64,000 nt of DNA from Phoronis australis (taxonomy: Eukaryota; Animalia; Phoronida), in assembly GCA_002633005.1 (NCBI GenBank), contig NMRA01000533.1, positions 1 through 64,000 of the forward strand, given 5' to 3'. This document shows positions 48,975-61,490 of the stretch, in pieces. Both the position numbers and the translations under genes were made by a program. Every line of letters starts with the position of its first letter. Positions within the stretch are counted from its first letter, which is position 1. The notes under the pieces are model-generated. The model saw only the letters and a list, made by a program, of their open reading frames with translations. It searched no databases and was not told the DNA's origin.

Positions 48975-51779
48975 ATGGCTCCGGAAAGTGGACGTGTAAT
49001 AATTTTCCTGGTGCTCTTCAGCTCAAGTTTGTGGAATTTCTCTTCCGCTATCTGCCTGCAATGGAAAAACAAAGTGTTGTCCATGGAGAAAACATTGCGT
49101 TTCAAGGACACCTCCACTGTGAACTTTAGGAGATGTGGCATCCGCAAGATTGAGAGAAACGCGTTCACACAATTATCTCAAGTGCAGTTCCTTTACGTGG
49201 GACACAACCGCCTGTCTAATATTCCAGACAGACTTCTTTCTCCTTTAATCAAACTCCAAAAATTGGATTTTAAGTATAACGAAATACGAACTTTGACAAG
49301 ACAAACATTAAGCGGTTTGTTTAACTTAATAACTTTGGATCTTACCAGTAATCGCTTAACATTTCTTTCCCAGGACATTTTTAAAGAAACACCGTCCTTA
49401 AGAGCATTGATTTTAACTTACAACTCTATTAATTCGTTGGATGTTAGTTCTTTTGGACATACCTTGAGCAATCTTGAAGTATTGGATATTGGTTATAACG
49501 ACATTTTTAGGATAGGAAATGGAACATTTGACGCGCTGAACAGGTTAACACATCTTAGTCTCCAAAACAACCACATAGCCAGAGTGGACAAGAATGTTTT
49601 TGACGGACTGGAAAATTTGAGTATTCTAAATTTGGGAAACAATTCAGTCAGCGAGGTTGATCGCTTGGTGCTACCTGCGTTGAAAATGCTGGTCTTACGG
49701 CATAACCGTCTACATGCAGTTGAAGACACATATGTTCTTTCGAATCAAAGTATCGTTATTGACCTGTCTTTCAACAAGATATCAGAAATCGAAAATGGAT
49801 CACTTTGTTCCTATTCCTTGGTTAAAGACTTTCGACTCTCTGGAAACTGGCTTCCACTGGTGAATAAAAATATGTTTTCGTGTCTGGAATCACCTAAAGT
49901 GCTATACCTAACAGGGAACAGGATAGCGAAAATAGAAGAAAAGTCGTTGTCTCACATGGCGAGCCTTCGAGAATTATTTCTTTCAAATAATGGAATTACA
50001 GTTTTGACACGTGGAACTTTTAGTGGTCTAATAAATTTGGAGACCTTAAGGCTAAGCTTCAATGACATACATTTCCTTGGAGATCGACCTTTTGAAGACT
50101 TAGCAAGCCTGCGATTTCTTTACCTCAGAGGCAATAAAATTTCGGCAATAACCTCTCGTGATTTTGATGGTCCCAAAAGACCTATGTTGTTGGAAATGAG
50201 AGGGAATCCAGTTCGTGGGATACGAATAGTCTCACCATTTAAGTTTATTGTAGTGCGTGTTTCAGTCACTAACGTCAACATTACGTTTAACGCGTCATTT
50301 CTTACTAACATTAAAACATTCGAGCTGCAGGGAGATTTTGAACATCTTTCCGTTTCGAAGAAATTTATTGCTAACTTTAGACACGTAGTTGACCTGGATC
50401 TGTCGGGGAGCAATATAACTGATTTAAATGATCAACCATTTAAACTTTGTCGTCGGTTGAAGTTCCTAGATCTTGCTAGAAACCACATCAGACACATATC
50501 TGGTTACATGCTTGAAGGACTTGAATCTTTGGTAACACTAAATCTTGCACTCAACAAGATTAATTCGATTACAGAAAATGCTTTTGGGAAATTAAAGTCA
50601 CTTAAACGGTTATATTTAGAAGGAAATCGGATGATTCGTGTGAGCGCCAACATATTGCCAAGAGACCTTACAAATCTTCAAATGGACGATAATAATATTA
50701 AAAATTTTGCCACGGCCAACATGACCATGGTTTGGCGTCTGACATTAAGTGGTAACGACTTTGCTTCCGTAACAAGCAAAATGCTTTCAGGTATGCCCCA
50801 ACTTCAGATCTTAAATATGTCGTATTCAAACATTGACTTCATAGCTAAAGATGCCTTTGACAATTTGAAGTCTCTGTGGGAGCTTGATCTCTCTGGAAAT
50901 AGAATTCGAATAATAAGTCAGATCATGTTTAGCTCTCTCGCATCGTTGGAATTCCTTGAACTGGATAACTGTGGCATTACAGAAATTGAGGAAGGAGCCG
51001 TGAAACACCTGAACAAGCTGAAAACTTTGTCCGTTCGCAATAACTGTATTAAAGTTATACCACAGGATATATTGGGAAAATTGATCAGCCGAGACAAACA
51101 CTTCCGCAATTTCTTTGTGTCTAGCAACCCGCTTCACTGCAACTGCTTCATCTATCCATTGCAAGCATGGGTCTTTCGGGTGAGCCTACTTCTCAAAGGT
51201 CCAGACACCAATCATGCCATCCCCACCTGTAATTCTCCTGCTAAAACTCAACCAACCATAGAATCGTTTGTGTCTCCCATTTTTAGTTGTCGCAAGCCAA
51301 GTTACCCAGTTATGGAGGTCACGTACGGTGTCAAGGAGGTACTAATCCAATGTACATCATACGGAGATCCATCTCCAAATATAGCGCTCCAAGACCCTGA
51401 AGGAAACGATGTGAATTGTTCTTTCCGATATGATATCACAGAGTCAAAAACAGTCGGACTCTCGAGTATCCCGATGGATAAATTTGTTCGCGGGAATTAC
51501 ACCTGTTTAGGTAAAAACCTCATGGGGCAGTCGTCAAATGTAAAGCTGATAAAAGACCCTAAGACAAGTGAGGACAGAGAGAATCACAAAATATATGAAA
51601 ATGGCGTGCCTGTTGAGGCATACCTGATAGGTGGTAGCGCCGCTGCTGTTGTGTCGTGTGTAATCGCTGTAGGCGTCATTTTGGCAGTAAGGATCTTACG
51701 TAAATACAACGACCAAGCCGATCCGTCAACCTTCGGTGCCACAACAAACCAGAGCGAACTTGGAAACAGTCGAGTATAA
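48975..51779 (+). CDS. Single-exon LRR-LRRCT-Ig-transmembrane receptor (LIG/LINGO-like architecture), 934 aa from the first ATG
   Basis: Signal peptide; more than 20 LxxLxLxxNxI repeats; LRRCT NPLHCNC...W...C..P...C; Ig domain IQCTSYGDPSP...GNYTCLGKNLMG; TM YLIGGSAAAVVSCVIAVGVILAVRIL; ~26-aa tail ending SRV. Confidence 0.93.
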   Translation: MAPESGRVIIFLVLFSSSLWNFSSAICLQWKNKVLSMEKTLRFKDTSTVNFRRCGIRKIERNAFTQLSQVQFLYVGHNRLSNIPDRLLSPLIKLQKLDFKYNEIRTLTRQTLSGLFNLITLDLTSNRLTFLSQDIFKETPSLRALILTYNSINSLDVSSFGHTLSNLEVLDIGYNDIFRIGNGTFDALNRLTHLSLQNNHIARVDKNVFDGLENLSILNLGNNSVSEVDRLVLPALKMLVLRHNRLHAVEDTYVLSNQSIVIDLSFNKISEIENGSLCSYSLVKDFRLSGNWLPLVNKNMFSCLESPKVLYLTGNRIAKIEEKSLSHMASLRELFLSNNGITVLTRGTFSGLINLETLRLSFNDIHFLGDRPFEDLASLRFLYLRGNKISAITSRDFDGPKRPMLLEMRGNPVRGIRIVSPFKFIVVRVSVTNVNITFNASFLTNIKTFELQGDFEHLSVSKKFIANFRHVVDLDLSGSNITDLNDQPFKLCRRLKFLDLARNHIRHISGYMLEGLESLVTLNLALNKINSITENAFGKLKSLKRLYLEGNRMIRVSANILPRDLTNLQMDDNNIKNFATANMTMVWRLTLSGNDFASVTSKMLSGMPQLQILNMSYSNIDFIAKDAFDNLKSLWELDLSGNRIRIISQIMFSSLASLEFLELDNCGITEIEEGAVKHLNKLKTLSVRNNCIKVIPQDILGKLISRDKHFRNFFVSSNPLHCNCFIYPLQAWVFRVSLLLKGPDTNHAIPTCNSPAKTQPTIESFVSPIFSCRKPSYPVMEVTYGVKEVLIQCTSYGDPSPNIALQDPEGNDVNCSFRYDITESKTVGLSSIPMDKFVRGNYTCLGKNLMGQSSNVKLIKDPKTSEDRENHKIYENGVPVEAYLIGGSAAAVVSCVIAVGVILAVRILRKYNDQADPSTFGATTNQSELGNSRV

Positions 51780-52039
51780 GACTTCTGGCGTTAACATTTT
51801 TCCTAACTAGTACGTTTTAGACACTCCCCGCGATACTATAGTGTGGAGGTGTTTTGACAAGGGAGATAATATGCAACATCAGAATACTTTCTTGTTTTCC
51901 TCAGACCATAATTTGTATACACCGAAAAAACTAAATTTATCTTAGATTGGTTAGTCAACAGTTGTGGTTTACTTTTACTAAGAAAACACATGTACGGCTG
52001 TCTTACAGGGATTTCCTTTGGCTTTTCTTAACGGATAAT

Positions 52040-52390
52040 TTCCACAGGAAAATTAGATTTTTGTGAGTGTATTTTTTGTTAATGAAAATTTTGTGAAATT
52101 AGTGTTTTACGGAGTCAAAGTTTGCAGATGTAATTTGTGGATTTGATGTATGAAACTTATTGTGAAAGTAATTTTGTGGATGTTAAATCTATTGACGTAA
52201 TGTTTGTGAATGGAATTTTGTGAATGTATTTTATTGTGGAAGTAATTTTGGAGATGTAAATTCTGTTGATGTGATTTTATGAATAATCTTGTGAATGTAA
52301 TTTATTGTGGAAGTAAAAATTTGTGGATAGAATTTCGTCTAGCTGTAATTTGTTATGGATTTTAATTTTCTGTATGTAATTTTGACTGCT
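52040..52390. repeat. Degenerate T/G-rich tandem repeat (aattttgtgaatgt-like)
   Basis: Seen directly. Confidence 0.65.
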
Positions 52391-54049
52391 TGTAGTAACT
52401 GACTACTTAAGTTTCCAGAGGTTGGATTTCTTTAAATATTTACTAAAGTATTATGGGCAAACTCTGTATTTGTGAAATCGCTTTAGAGAATGAAAATCAC
52501 GTGCCCCCTAGTGGCAATTAATCTTTTCCCATTTTTCTTTGTTTCTCTGAAAATCCTTGACAGATGTCACGTTGTTGTTTTTCGGATGGAATTTACGTTT
52601 TTGCGCCATCTAGTGGTAATTTCTATGATACAAATAAACAACCCTAGAAACACCCCGTTTGCGATTCATTCGTGGGTGCAATTCAACGAAACGCATTGCT
52701 CTTGTACAATCACTTGAATATTTCATTTCATTTGCTACACTAGCGTGAACGAAGTTTTCTGTGAAAGGAGCAATGTAATTTTAATTTTATAGCTCTTTTC
52801 AAAGCTAACAACTCAAGAAGTGCATTCAACATCAGGTCGAAAATTATTAGGTGGTAGTGATCGCTTCCGTGAGCCATTTGAGACCTGTTCTCACCGATTA
52901 GAAACTTGTCCGACCAGCGTCAATTTTTGTCAATATCTTGTGTTTTTGTTTTTCAAAAGCTGCACAAACACAAAACCTGAATGACGTCACTTTTAAAAGC
53001 ATCATTAAGAAATGGGTTTTTACGCTACACTAAATTTTTTGTTTTTTTTTCTCTATTTTGTGAATGTGTTTTCCTTGAATTCGGTTTGATTTCCTGTTGT
53101 TTTTATTATTTTCGTTGAGTCATTGTTCATTACTATATTTCTATTTAGATAGTTTATAAATATGTATACAGATAAATTGGGATACAATGATTTGTTTTCT
53201 GGGCTAATACTCTGTACCATTATTTTATTGTCTTATGCTTGTGTTCCAATAAAAGGTGAACCTATGTCATGAACTTGCCACAGTAAATTTTAAAGCTACA
53301 CGATATAAATATATTTGTCCCTTGTTTGAATTTTCGCTTTGATGATTGGAGAAATTATTTACCATGTCGTTTTGAGAATGCCGTCGCAGCTTTGCTCAAA
53401 ATTAGGTTACGCCAAACGGCACCGAAGGTATAATTAATGTAAGAAAATTAATAAATTTTGGATGAATGCCTACTGCATTCTTCACAGCAACAGTCAGCGG
53501 TGCTTATTATGAAGGCTTTTCTTCATCTGTCAGTCACCTTTTGTAACATTGAAACCATATCCATAAGACTTAACTAGTCATCTCTCAAATATCTACCTGC
53601 TTGTTTGGCTTGTTTTCACGATACAATTCTATTCTCAATTGATTGGCACGAGTAGTTACTTAGTTCATTAATCAGATAACGGCTCAACCAACATGCCAAT
53701 TATTTGGCGATGACGTTGCTAGTTGATGACCTTTGGTAATTGGCCCATTGAGTTCCGTGCTCAGAAAAATTGATGAAGCAACTCACTGGATGTAAACAAC
53801 CTTCTACGTCAGTTTTATGTTATATAATTTCTTGTCCAATTGACATAATTCAAAAAACCTACCAAAATGTACTTTTCACGAAACATTCATGCCATTTAAA
53901 AACTTTCGAAATGAAAAATTAAAAATCCTAATGCCGTCCCCACTGTTTACAACAATGCACATGTATATAAATTACTATAGACCCAATTCACGCCGACAGG
54001 CGGCGCGTTACAAAACGAGGCTCTCTACGGTAGCTCTGTTAGCTTATCG

Positions 54050-54200
54050 GCATAGTTGTATTTCAGTCCGGATTGCTCCGCGAACGGCTAGAAAAATACG
54101 AACACTCAACTGTCTGCTTTACAATCCCTAAAGACGTTGAGATTCGGAACCGTTGGGTCGTTGCCATACGCCGCGTCGAAGCAAAATATGTCAGTGTAAA
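54050..54200 (+). pseudogene. Degenerate THAP-domain fragment of a different DNA transposon
   Basis: C..PDCSANG in one frame and FTIPKDVEIRNRWVVAIRRVE in another, matching the THAP FPxD...W...I motif. Confidence 0.5.
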
Positions 54201-55566
54201 ATTTATAAATGTTTTCGAAGAGTTAGATCATATTTTGTCGCATCTCGGTTGCCAAGCATCACAGTAACGACCGGAGAATGGGCCAGCCAGGCTATGTTTT
54301 CATGACTACGGGTTGAAACATTATAATTTTTCTTTACAAAAAGGACAGGACCCTCAATCCCTCGAATTTGGGGCCCAGTATCCTCAATAATCCCCTCTCA
54401 AAAATATTGAAATATCACGCGAAATTCCCCCACGAGGCATAAAAATTCCCCTAGTGAAAAATCTCTCTGAGTTCACATCACTTGTAACCACACAGGCGAC
54501 AATTTTTAAGAGCACAAAAGGCTATTTTAAACTGAGACAGAGCCTACGAGAGCTTGCAACAGGGCGGGAGTGCCATTGATGGTGATCGAGAGGTAGATTG
54601 TTCCCCTCACTCGGCGAAAAAATCGCCTGTCAGTAAGCACTGGCACCTTTCCCCTCGGATGAACGAGGCTCCTGGAGAAACATGATAACTATGATTGCTT
54701 TGTCCAGTTAACTGAAATTGGGTTCTATAACGAGGTTATGCTTTGGACGAACGAATTGGGTGTTTTAATTTTAAAATTCAACTTAGTCAAGGTTGGTATT
54801 TGAAACCTAACACATGAAATAGACGTAACGAATTATTACAACCAAGAAAGCAGAATTGATGGTCAAACAATTTTTATTTTTGATTACGAGCCTGTTTTTT
54901 ATTTTAATAAAAATATATTTAATAATATCAATTATTCTTTCAGATCATGACAAATCAACTGTTAGTCCTAGTTAGTGCATAGGATCAGGCTATGCTTGAT
55001 GTTAATATTCTTGATCAACAAATTAATTAAAACCAGATGTGACTAATTGCACATGACAGCCACCACTGTCGAATATGTCTTCAACTCGTCAACAATACGA
55101 GCACATGATCTGGTTCGCGTAAGGGTATTTTGATCAACAATTTAGAAGAAAAAAACCTAACCCTGCATTCAGCATCATAACTAATCCGTAACACTAGGAT
55201 CGCCGCAATTTGGTCATACTTACTTTTCATGTTTCTAACCTAGTTTTCCGAGAAAAATTCACATCAAATATTGCTGTTATTTAACTATTTTCAGGAGATG
55301 TTACACGTTCAAAGAAAAGTTATCCTTGTTTTCGTCTTTGGAATCTCTTTTCAAGTAATAAATCGTCACATTTAAAACTGTTTCTTTTACTAGAGAAAAC
55401 TTGCAGCCTAACGCGGAAGTACACAGATACATGTACATGTATAGGGTATGATCCGCCACAAGAAGAGTCTGAGTGAAATATTTAAATTATCTGCGGGAAA
55501 AGTGAAAGCAACTTAGGAATTTGAAGCGTATGGGATAAACACAAAACAAACCTCGATTGTCGTACT

Positions 55567-55660
55567 TGAGTAATATCCCACTTGACATTATTCTGCGTAT
55601 TGACCAAGACCGAACATCGAGATCGATACGCGGAATAATGTCTCGTGGGATATTACATCA
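55567..55660. repeat. ~95-bp imperfect hairpin (MITE-like)
   Basis: gtaatatcccacttgacattattctgcgtattga ... tcgatacgcggaataatgtctcgtgggatattac. Confidence 0.7.
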
Positions 55661-56090
55661 TGTACGTCACTCTCGGTACGTTTTGTGTATGTACACAAAG
55701 TATACGATGTGTTTACAAAAGTCACAACATAAATGTACACACTAAGGTAGAAACCCATACATGTATGGCTGTATGAAGAAGATTATCGTCAACTTTCAGC
55801 GACATGTAGGAAGCTGTGCCTTGAGCTCCGTTAGCCTTGTCGGACAAAGAAACTTCACACAACACGGGTAGGCCAGCTCGTCACCTCGTCATGAAACTTA
55901 TATCAACATGTAGAGCTTACGACCGGCAGGGTTGCATGCAGAACCTTTAAAATCCCTCTCTCAAACTGCCCATGTGGTTCCAGTATCCGAAAATTCTTAC
56001 TACATAAAATCTTATTTTCGACACCCTTTCTTTATATTCTTTTCGCCTTTCTTGCCAAAAGCGATTTTTTAACAGTATTTGACCCTTCTC

Positions 56091-57119
56091 TGTGAGCGTA
56101 TAATTACCGGCTGTCATCGGTTATTTCCGTACCCACCTTTCCGGATCATCAGTTCAGGAACTTGTCCTGAACGCCGCCATTTTTTGCTTGTAACTGAATG
56201 TGCTATGGCTTGCTCGAAAAGTCTTCATTATTTTGTTTTATTAGTAATATCTCGTGATTCGTTTGCATATGTAGTGTATTTATAGTTTGTAGTTAGTGGT
56301 CGTTGAATTTTTTTGGAATGTTATGCGTACTTAGTATGTTAAAACAGCATTGGTGTTTAGTTCCTTACGTAGGCCGGTCGAACCTAGGAACCAATATGGG
56401 TCGAACCTATTTTTTTCGGTTTTATTTTTTTTCTCGTTTTGAAAAAGTACTTTGCTATCATCGGAAAGGTAGTACATTCTACTCAGTAAAAATCAAAAAA
56501 GTATATTAAAATCGGGGCAAGCAGTGTAAAGTTATTGCAAGTTGTTAATGCAGGAGCATTAGTCTTTTGTTTAGGATCTTTATGTCCACTAGAGGCGTTG
56601 TATGTACACCTTAGGGCGTTTCCAGAGTGCATTGTAATTGCTGTCTACCCCCGCTTCTAGGTAATTGTTTATTGGCTAAATAGATGCTACCATTGTAATA
56701 TAACCAATCACAGTGCAGTTTTGATGGCTTTTAGCCTCAGCAGTCATTTACAGCGCTCACTTCGAATATTGGTTTCAACATGTTGTGATGCACTGTAGAG
56801 AGATTATTAGCTGGGCAACGCGGAAAACTCCAGTAAGTACATGTAATTCTCTTAAGGCTTTACGTTTAGTCTATTTATGTAGGTCTGTTGGACATTGTAG
56901 GACTAGTGTTTAATTGTTGAACCGTAACGGCTGCTTTGTGATGGTATTGTCTTATGCGGGTTCGAGTCCCGTGTGTTGGCCGTATTGACTGTTGGGTTAC
57001 GTTTTGAGAACATTATTTGGTTCCGTTGTTTGACAAACTGTATTTATCGTTTGGAGATAACCGTCTCTTCAAGAATAAAACGTTTTAAACGAAGCTGACG
57101 CGTTATTCTATCGCCCACA
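56091..57119 (+). mobile_element. Candidate solo LTR (~1.03 kb)
   Basis: TG...CA ends with a short inverted repeat (tgtgagcgtataat / attctatcgcccaca), CCAAT near 56704 and AATAAA at 57074; no clear TSD. Confidence 0.4.
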
Positions 57120-59765
57120 CTAATACACGTTTTGTGGCGAAATTTCAGGGTCACTTTGTTTGGATCGCGTCGGCCATATTGGAGGACAGCGGGATAAGCT
57201 ACGAGTTTAAAACTTGGTGTAAATTGTTTTCGCCAACAAATTACGGTGAAATTTAGTTAGACATATCTTTACTTACTATTCTGCACGATTTAACAGTACT
57301 CACCAAATTTCAGCCTCGCGTTGTTACCCATTAAGTGATAAATGTGCTCACAATTCCCGTTGGACTTCGTCTCATTTCTGGCAGCACCGACAACATCGCG
57401 ACTTTTGCTGAACTGAAAGGCATGTTCAATCGGCTACTTTGTAACTTGTGAAGATTTAACGTTGATACATTTTGACAAACGTTGCTACAAAAAAGGAACT
57501 TTGTTCAATTTTCCTGTATTTTGTGCAAAAATATAAGATATATTCGAATTATTTTACTGTAAATTTCCCATTCAGGTAATCTTACACTAAGCTAAAAAAT
57601 AGTTGAAATAATTTTTAAATGGTTTTTTGTTTGACTGTCAACTGCTGTTCAAGACTTGATTCGCTGTCACAAAATGATTCATATTTTCCTAAATTTTAAG
57701 TCTTAAGTGCTCATGTTTTGTAACTTATTGCTTCTTAATTCAGGTTATCAAGTCAACAATATGAATAATATTAATTTAAGAAATAATCTATGTTTGATTG
57801 TGAAGCTTCAAGCCTCTAATTCTTGTTCCTTGCAACTTCATATTTTTTGAAATGATGCTTGTCAAATTCTGGTTTAAGGAAACACTATTCCGTCACCATG
57901 GTAATAGTTACATGTATGTCCACTTTCATATCATGGAAACTGTTGCTGTTAAATAGTGTTTGTAATGCTAAATGTTGTAAAGTATTGTGCATTTTAAGTT
58001 ACTTATTGTGTTAAAAGTTTGAATAATTTTGGGTTAATGAATAAAAAATGGTAGCATGTTGGACTTGTCATACTTATGTGCTCGAACGAACCCCTTTTTG
58101 GAGAACTGGAAAAAGGTCTGCCTCAGTCATAGAAGCACGAATTCCGAAAAAATTGGGAAATGAGACAATATTCCACTAGAAGACAGGAAGTACCAAAATT
58201 TAGAGTCTGCAGTTCATAGCTCTGAACATACCCACTGAATCTTATTGTAAAAGATGTGCATTCCCAAAAATTCCAGCCCCCCCCATTCTGTTAGGCTTGG
58301 TGCTCTCATACAAAGTCTTGGAAAATCTCTATTGAAAGCCAACAACTTTCCACAGTTCGCCAGAAGTACCAAAGTTCTAAATAAACCTAGTTTGAGCGAG
58401 CGCTGTGCCCAGCGACCAGTTAGGCCTAAGGGTAGCCTTGGCGCAAAGCTGTGTAGGCCTACTAACAAGCTGTATTTTGACGATAGTCTTCACCAGTAGC
58501 TGGTGACTAAGGCTAACTAAGGTCTGCCGCGGCAGTGCGACACAGGACTAACCAGCCCGTAATTTCATGCAAGTGTCTGAAACTACCCTTGAATATATGA
58601 AGCATTTATAATTTGACCATTTTACGTCGACAAAACAGCTTGCAACCGCATGCTTTTACCGTTCGCCAGTGTCTGGTCTCGATCTGCACCGGGTCCGATA
58701 GGCTGCGGTCCCGAGTCTGGCAAAACAATTTCTGTCAAAATTTATTCGCCTCATTTCTTAAGCAAATTCGATAAAATTGTGCGTAGTTTGATTTTTTTAA
58801 AATTAAGGCGCGCAGTCGATTATTTTATCCCCGTTTGCTGGCTGCTAACAGTACAGGCACTGCTCCAGTCGCACTGACGGCATTTTCTCGACCTGGGTTC
58901 CTGAATGAATTGTACTTCGCGGCAAGTTCAAAATGGCGGTGGTTCTTCGGGTGCGAATCGTGAGTGACGCGTTCATTTTTTGAGTACGGATCTTGTATTA
59001 GTTATGGGGTAAGTACTTGTTGGATCCTTATAACATCCTCTAACCATGTAATAAGGGTTAACAACGCGTGAGAGAAGGACTTTAAGAATCAACCGACAGT
59101 CACCTTGCCCGTTGCAGCCCTTTAATGAAAAACAAAACAATCTAATGAACGTCAGTTTTGTGTAATTCACAGCCTTTTGTTAAGTCTGCCGTCGTTTTGA
59201 AAACAATGCTTTCGTGACACGCGCAAGCGCCATTCCTACTGAAATTTTGCGATATCTCTCAGATGATGACAGCTTCCATGCAAAGTGGGTTTGCTGGTAT
59301 TTAAATACTAAAGAATTTTAACGAAATGAAACCAGTCCTGGCTGTTATGACGTGTACGCAACCTCGTGGAAAAGAAGATTGAAGGTGACGCATTGGGGCC
59401 GAGAGCCGATCCAAAATAGCCGGTAGAATGCCATTTTTTCCAACATCGGTAAATAATTAAGTTTACTCAGGGAAAAGTTTAGTTTTGAATGACATTAATT
59501 TGGCGGCGGCAGGCCCAAGAAGTTTATACGCGATGGAAGCCGCAGAAAGTGAAATTAAAAGCCGACAAACTGAAGTCACTCAGGCGTTGAACGGATTTAC
59601 TGACGAAAAAAGGCCCAGTACAAAACTGGCCACCCTCCCAAAGCGTAAAGTCAAGTCCTTTTATTAATATAGTCGGTTAAAGTGAAACAAGAGGGAAAAA
59701 ATTAGCCATAGGCTAGTACACCGACAAATAAATACATAAGTTATAAAATAAATAAAATATTAAAT

Positions 59766-59768
<3 letters not shown>

Positions 59769-59804
<36 letters not shown>

Positions 59805-59823
59805 GCGTGTGCGTGTGTGTGTG
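59769..59823. repeat. (GT)n microsatellite
   Basis: Seen directly. Confidence 0.95.
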
Positions 59824-59899
59824 GTTATAACAAATTTAAAATACTATATACAGGGATAACGAGATTGAGCAAATAAGCACCATTGGAGAGGAGATTATG

Positions 59900-61490
59900 T
59901 ATGATTCAAGAAATTGCAGGTTCTGCCCTTACAGAGAGGCTCAGTCCACGCGTTTGCATACCGAACAAAATACTTTAAATGCAGGCTCGATTTCGCCTCC
60001 TATGACACAGAATTCCACATTAATTAGAGCCATAGGCTTTGAAAGATTAGTAGACCATACCGAGTGGTTCTGCACTGAAGAATTTTTGTCCTATTGGATG
60101 ATCTCAAATTATATGGGGTCTTGCGAATTGTGAGAAGGTCCCATAGAAATGGGGGTGACAAATGGTTCACAATTTTGAAAGCACTTTTTAGAATCAATCT
60201 CTTCCTACCAATCTCAAGAGCAGGCAGATTAGCCCTCAGTAAGAGTGTTTCATGTGAGCTAGAAAAAACATCAAATACAAATCCCAGGACCCTACATTGG
60301 ACTCTTCCAATCTTATGTGTATTGACTTGGCCAAAAAATGACAGATTAAAGCGCAGTAGGGAAACTGGGATAGAATAAAACATTGAAAAATCACCACTCG
60401 GATACTAAAGTCTAGAATCCTAGCCAGACGCTGTAAAACCATAAGCTGATCTCCTGACTTTCGGCATAAAACTTTTAATACGGTTGACAAAACTGAGGCT
60501 CTCATCGATTACAACACCAAGAAATTTAACGTCCACCTCGCTGGTGATTTTGGCTCCTTCAACCTCGACAACAGCCCTGGATACGTTTCTGGTGTAATGA
60601 CGAAATATAAAATGAAATTTTTATGGATTTGCCTCCATCGTATTTTGCTTGAACCAGGTTATTGCTTTTGAAGACTCAGATGTCAGTATGGCAATGAAAT
60701 CATACCCTGTGGGAGCACTTGCTGAGAAAGTGTTGTCATCAGCACAATTAGATGTATACAACTGTGCTACAGTAAATGACACACATAAATCATTCACAAA
60801 AATATTGAACACTGAGTACTGGACCCATGATTGATCCACATGACACTCCTTTGGCTATATCTAGCCAATCACTAGACTCTTCACCGATCCTAACTCGCTG
60901 CTTCCTTCTTGACAGATAGGACCAAAAAGGTGCGTGCTTGTTCACTCAGGCAGTACATTTTCAATTTTGCAATCATGGGTGCGGGAGGCAGGCGAACGCT
61001 TTGTTCAGATCCATGATCACCGCTCCAACACACTTATTTTGTTCAGTGGCTAACCTCCAATCTTCAACCACACGTAGTAAATCTAATTGACAGCTATATC
61101 CGCTTCTATTGGCAGCAATCCGCGGATCCAATATATCTAAAAATGGGTTTATCTGTAGCAACACGAGTCTTTCAAAAATCTTGGACAGAGCTGAAAGTAT
61201 ACACACTGATCTGTAATTTTCCATCTTCAATCTGTCCGCTTTTATGAAATCTGGCACTACCTCAGCAAGTTTACCCATGTTCGAAAATTTAGCAGTGTCA
61301 ATGGTCTGATTAATAATGATTGCTACATTACAACTAACAAATTTACCAACTGGTTTGAGTAACTTAGCTGGAATATGATCACTACCAGTGGATTTCTTAG
61401 TGTCGAGATATTCGATAACGTTTTCCACTTCAGTCGGGGTAGTATGCCTAAAGGAAAAGTTTCCACTCTTCAATTTAGTTTTAATAGCAT
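59900..61490 (-). mobile_element. 5'-truncated degenerate CR1/L2-group LINE (RT and C-terminal ORF2)
   Basis: KSTGSDHIPAKLLK, NYRSVCILSALSKIFE, GAVIMDLNKAFACLPH, FNIFVNDL...CADDNT (YADD) and PYNLRS; many frameshifts. Confidence 0.88.

Noticed and set aside
48975-51779. Toll-like receptor
   Set aside because: No TIR domain; the tail is ~26 aa and an Ig domain precedes the TM helix
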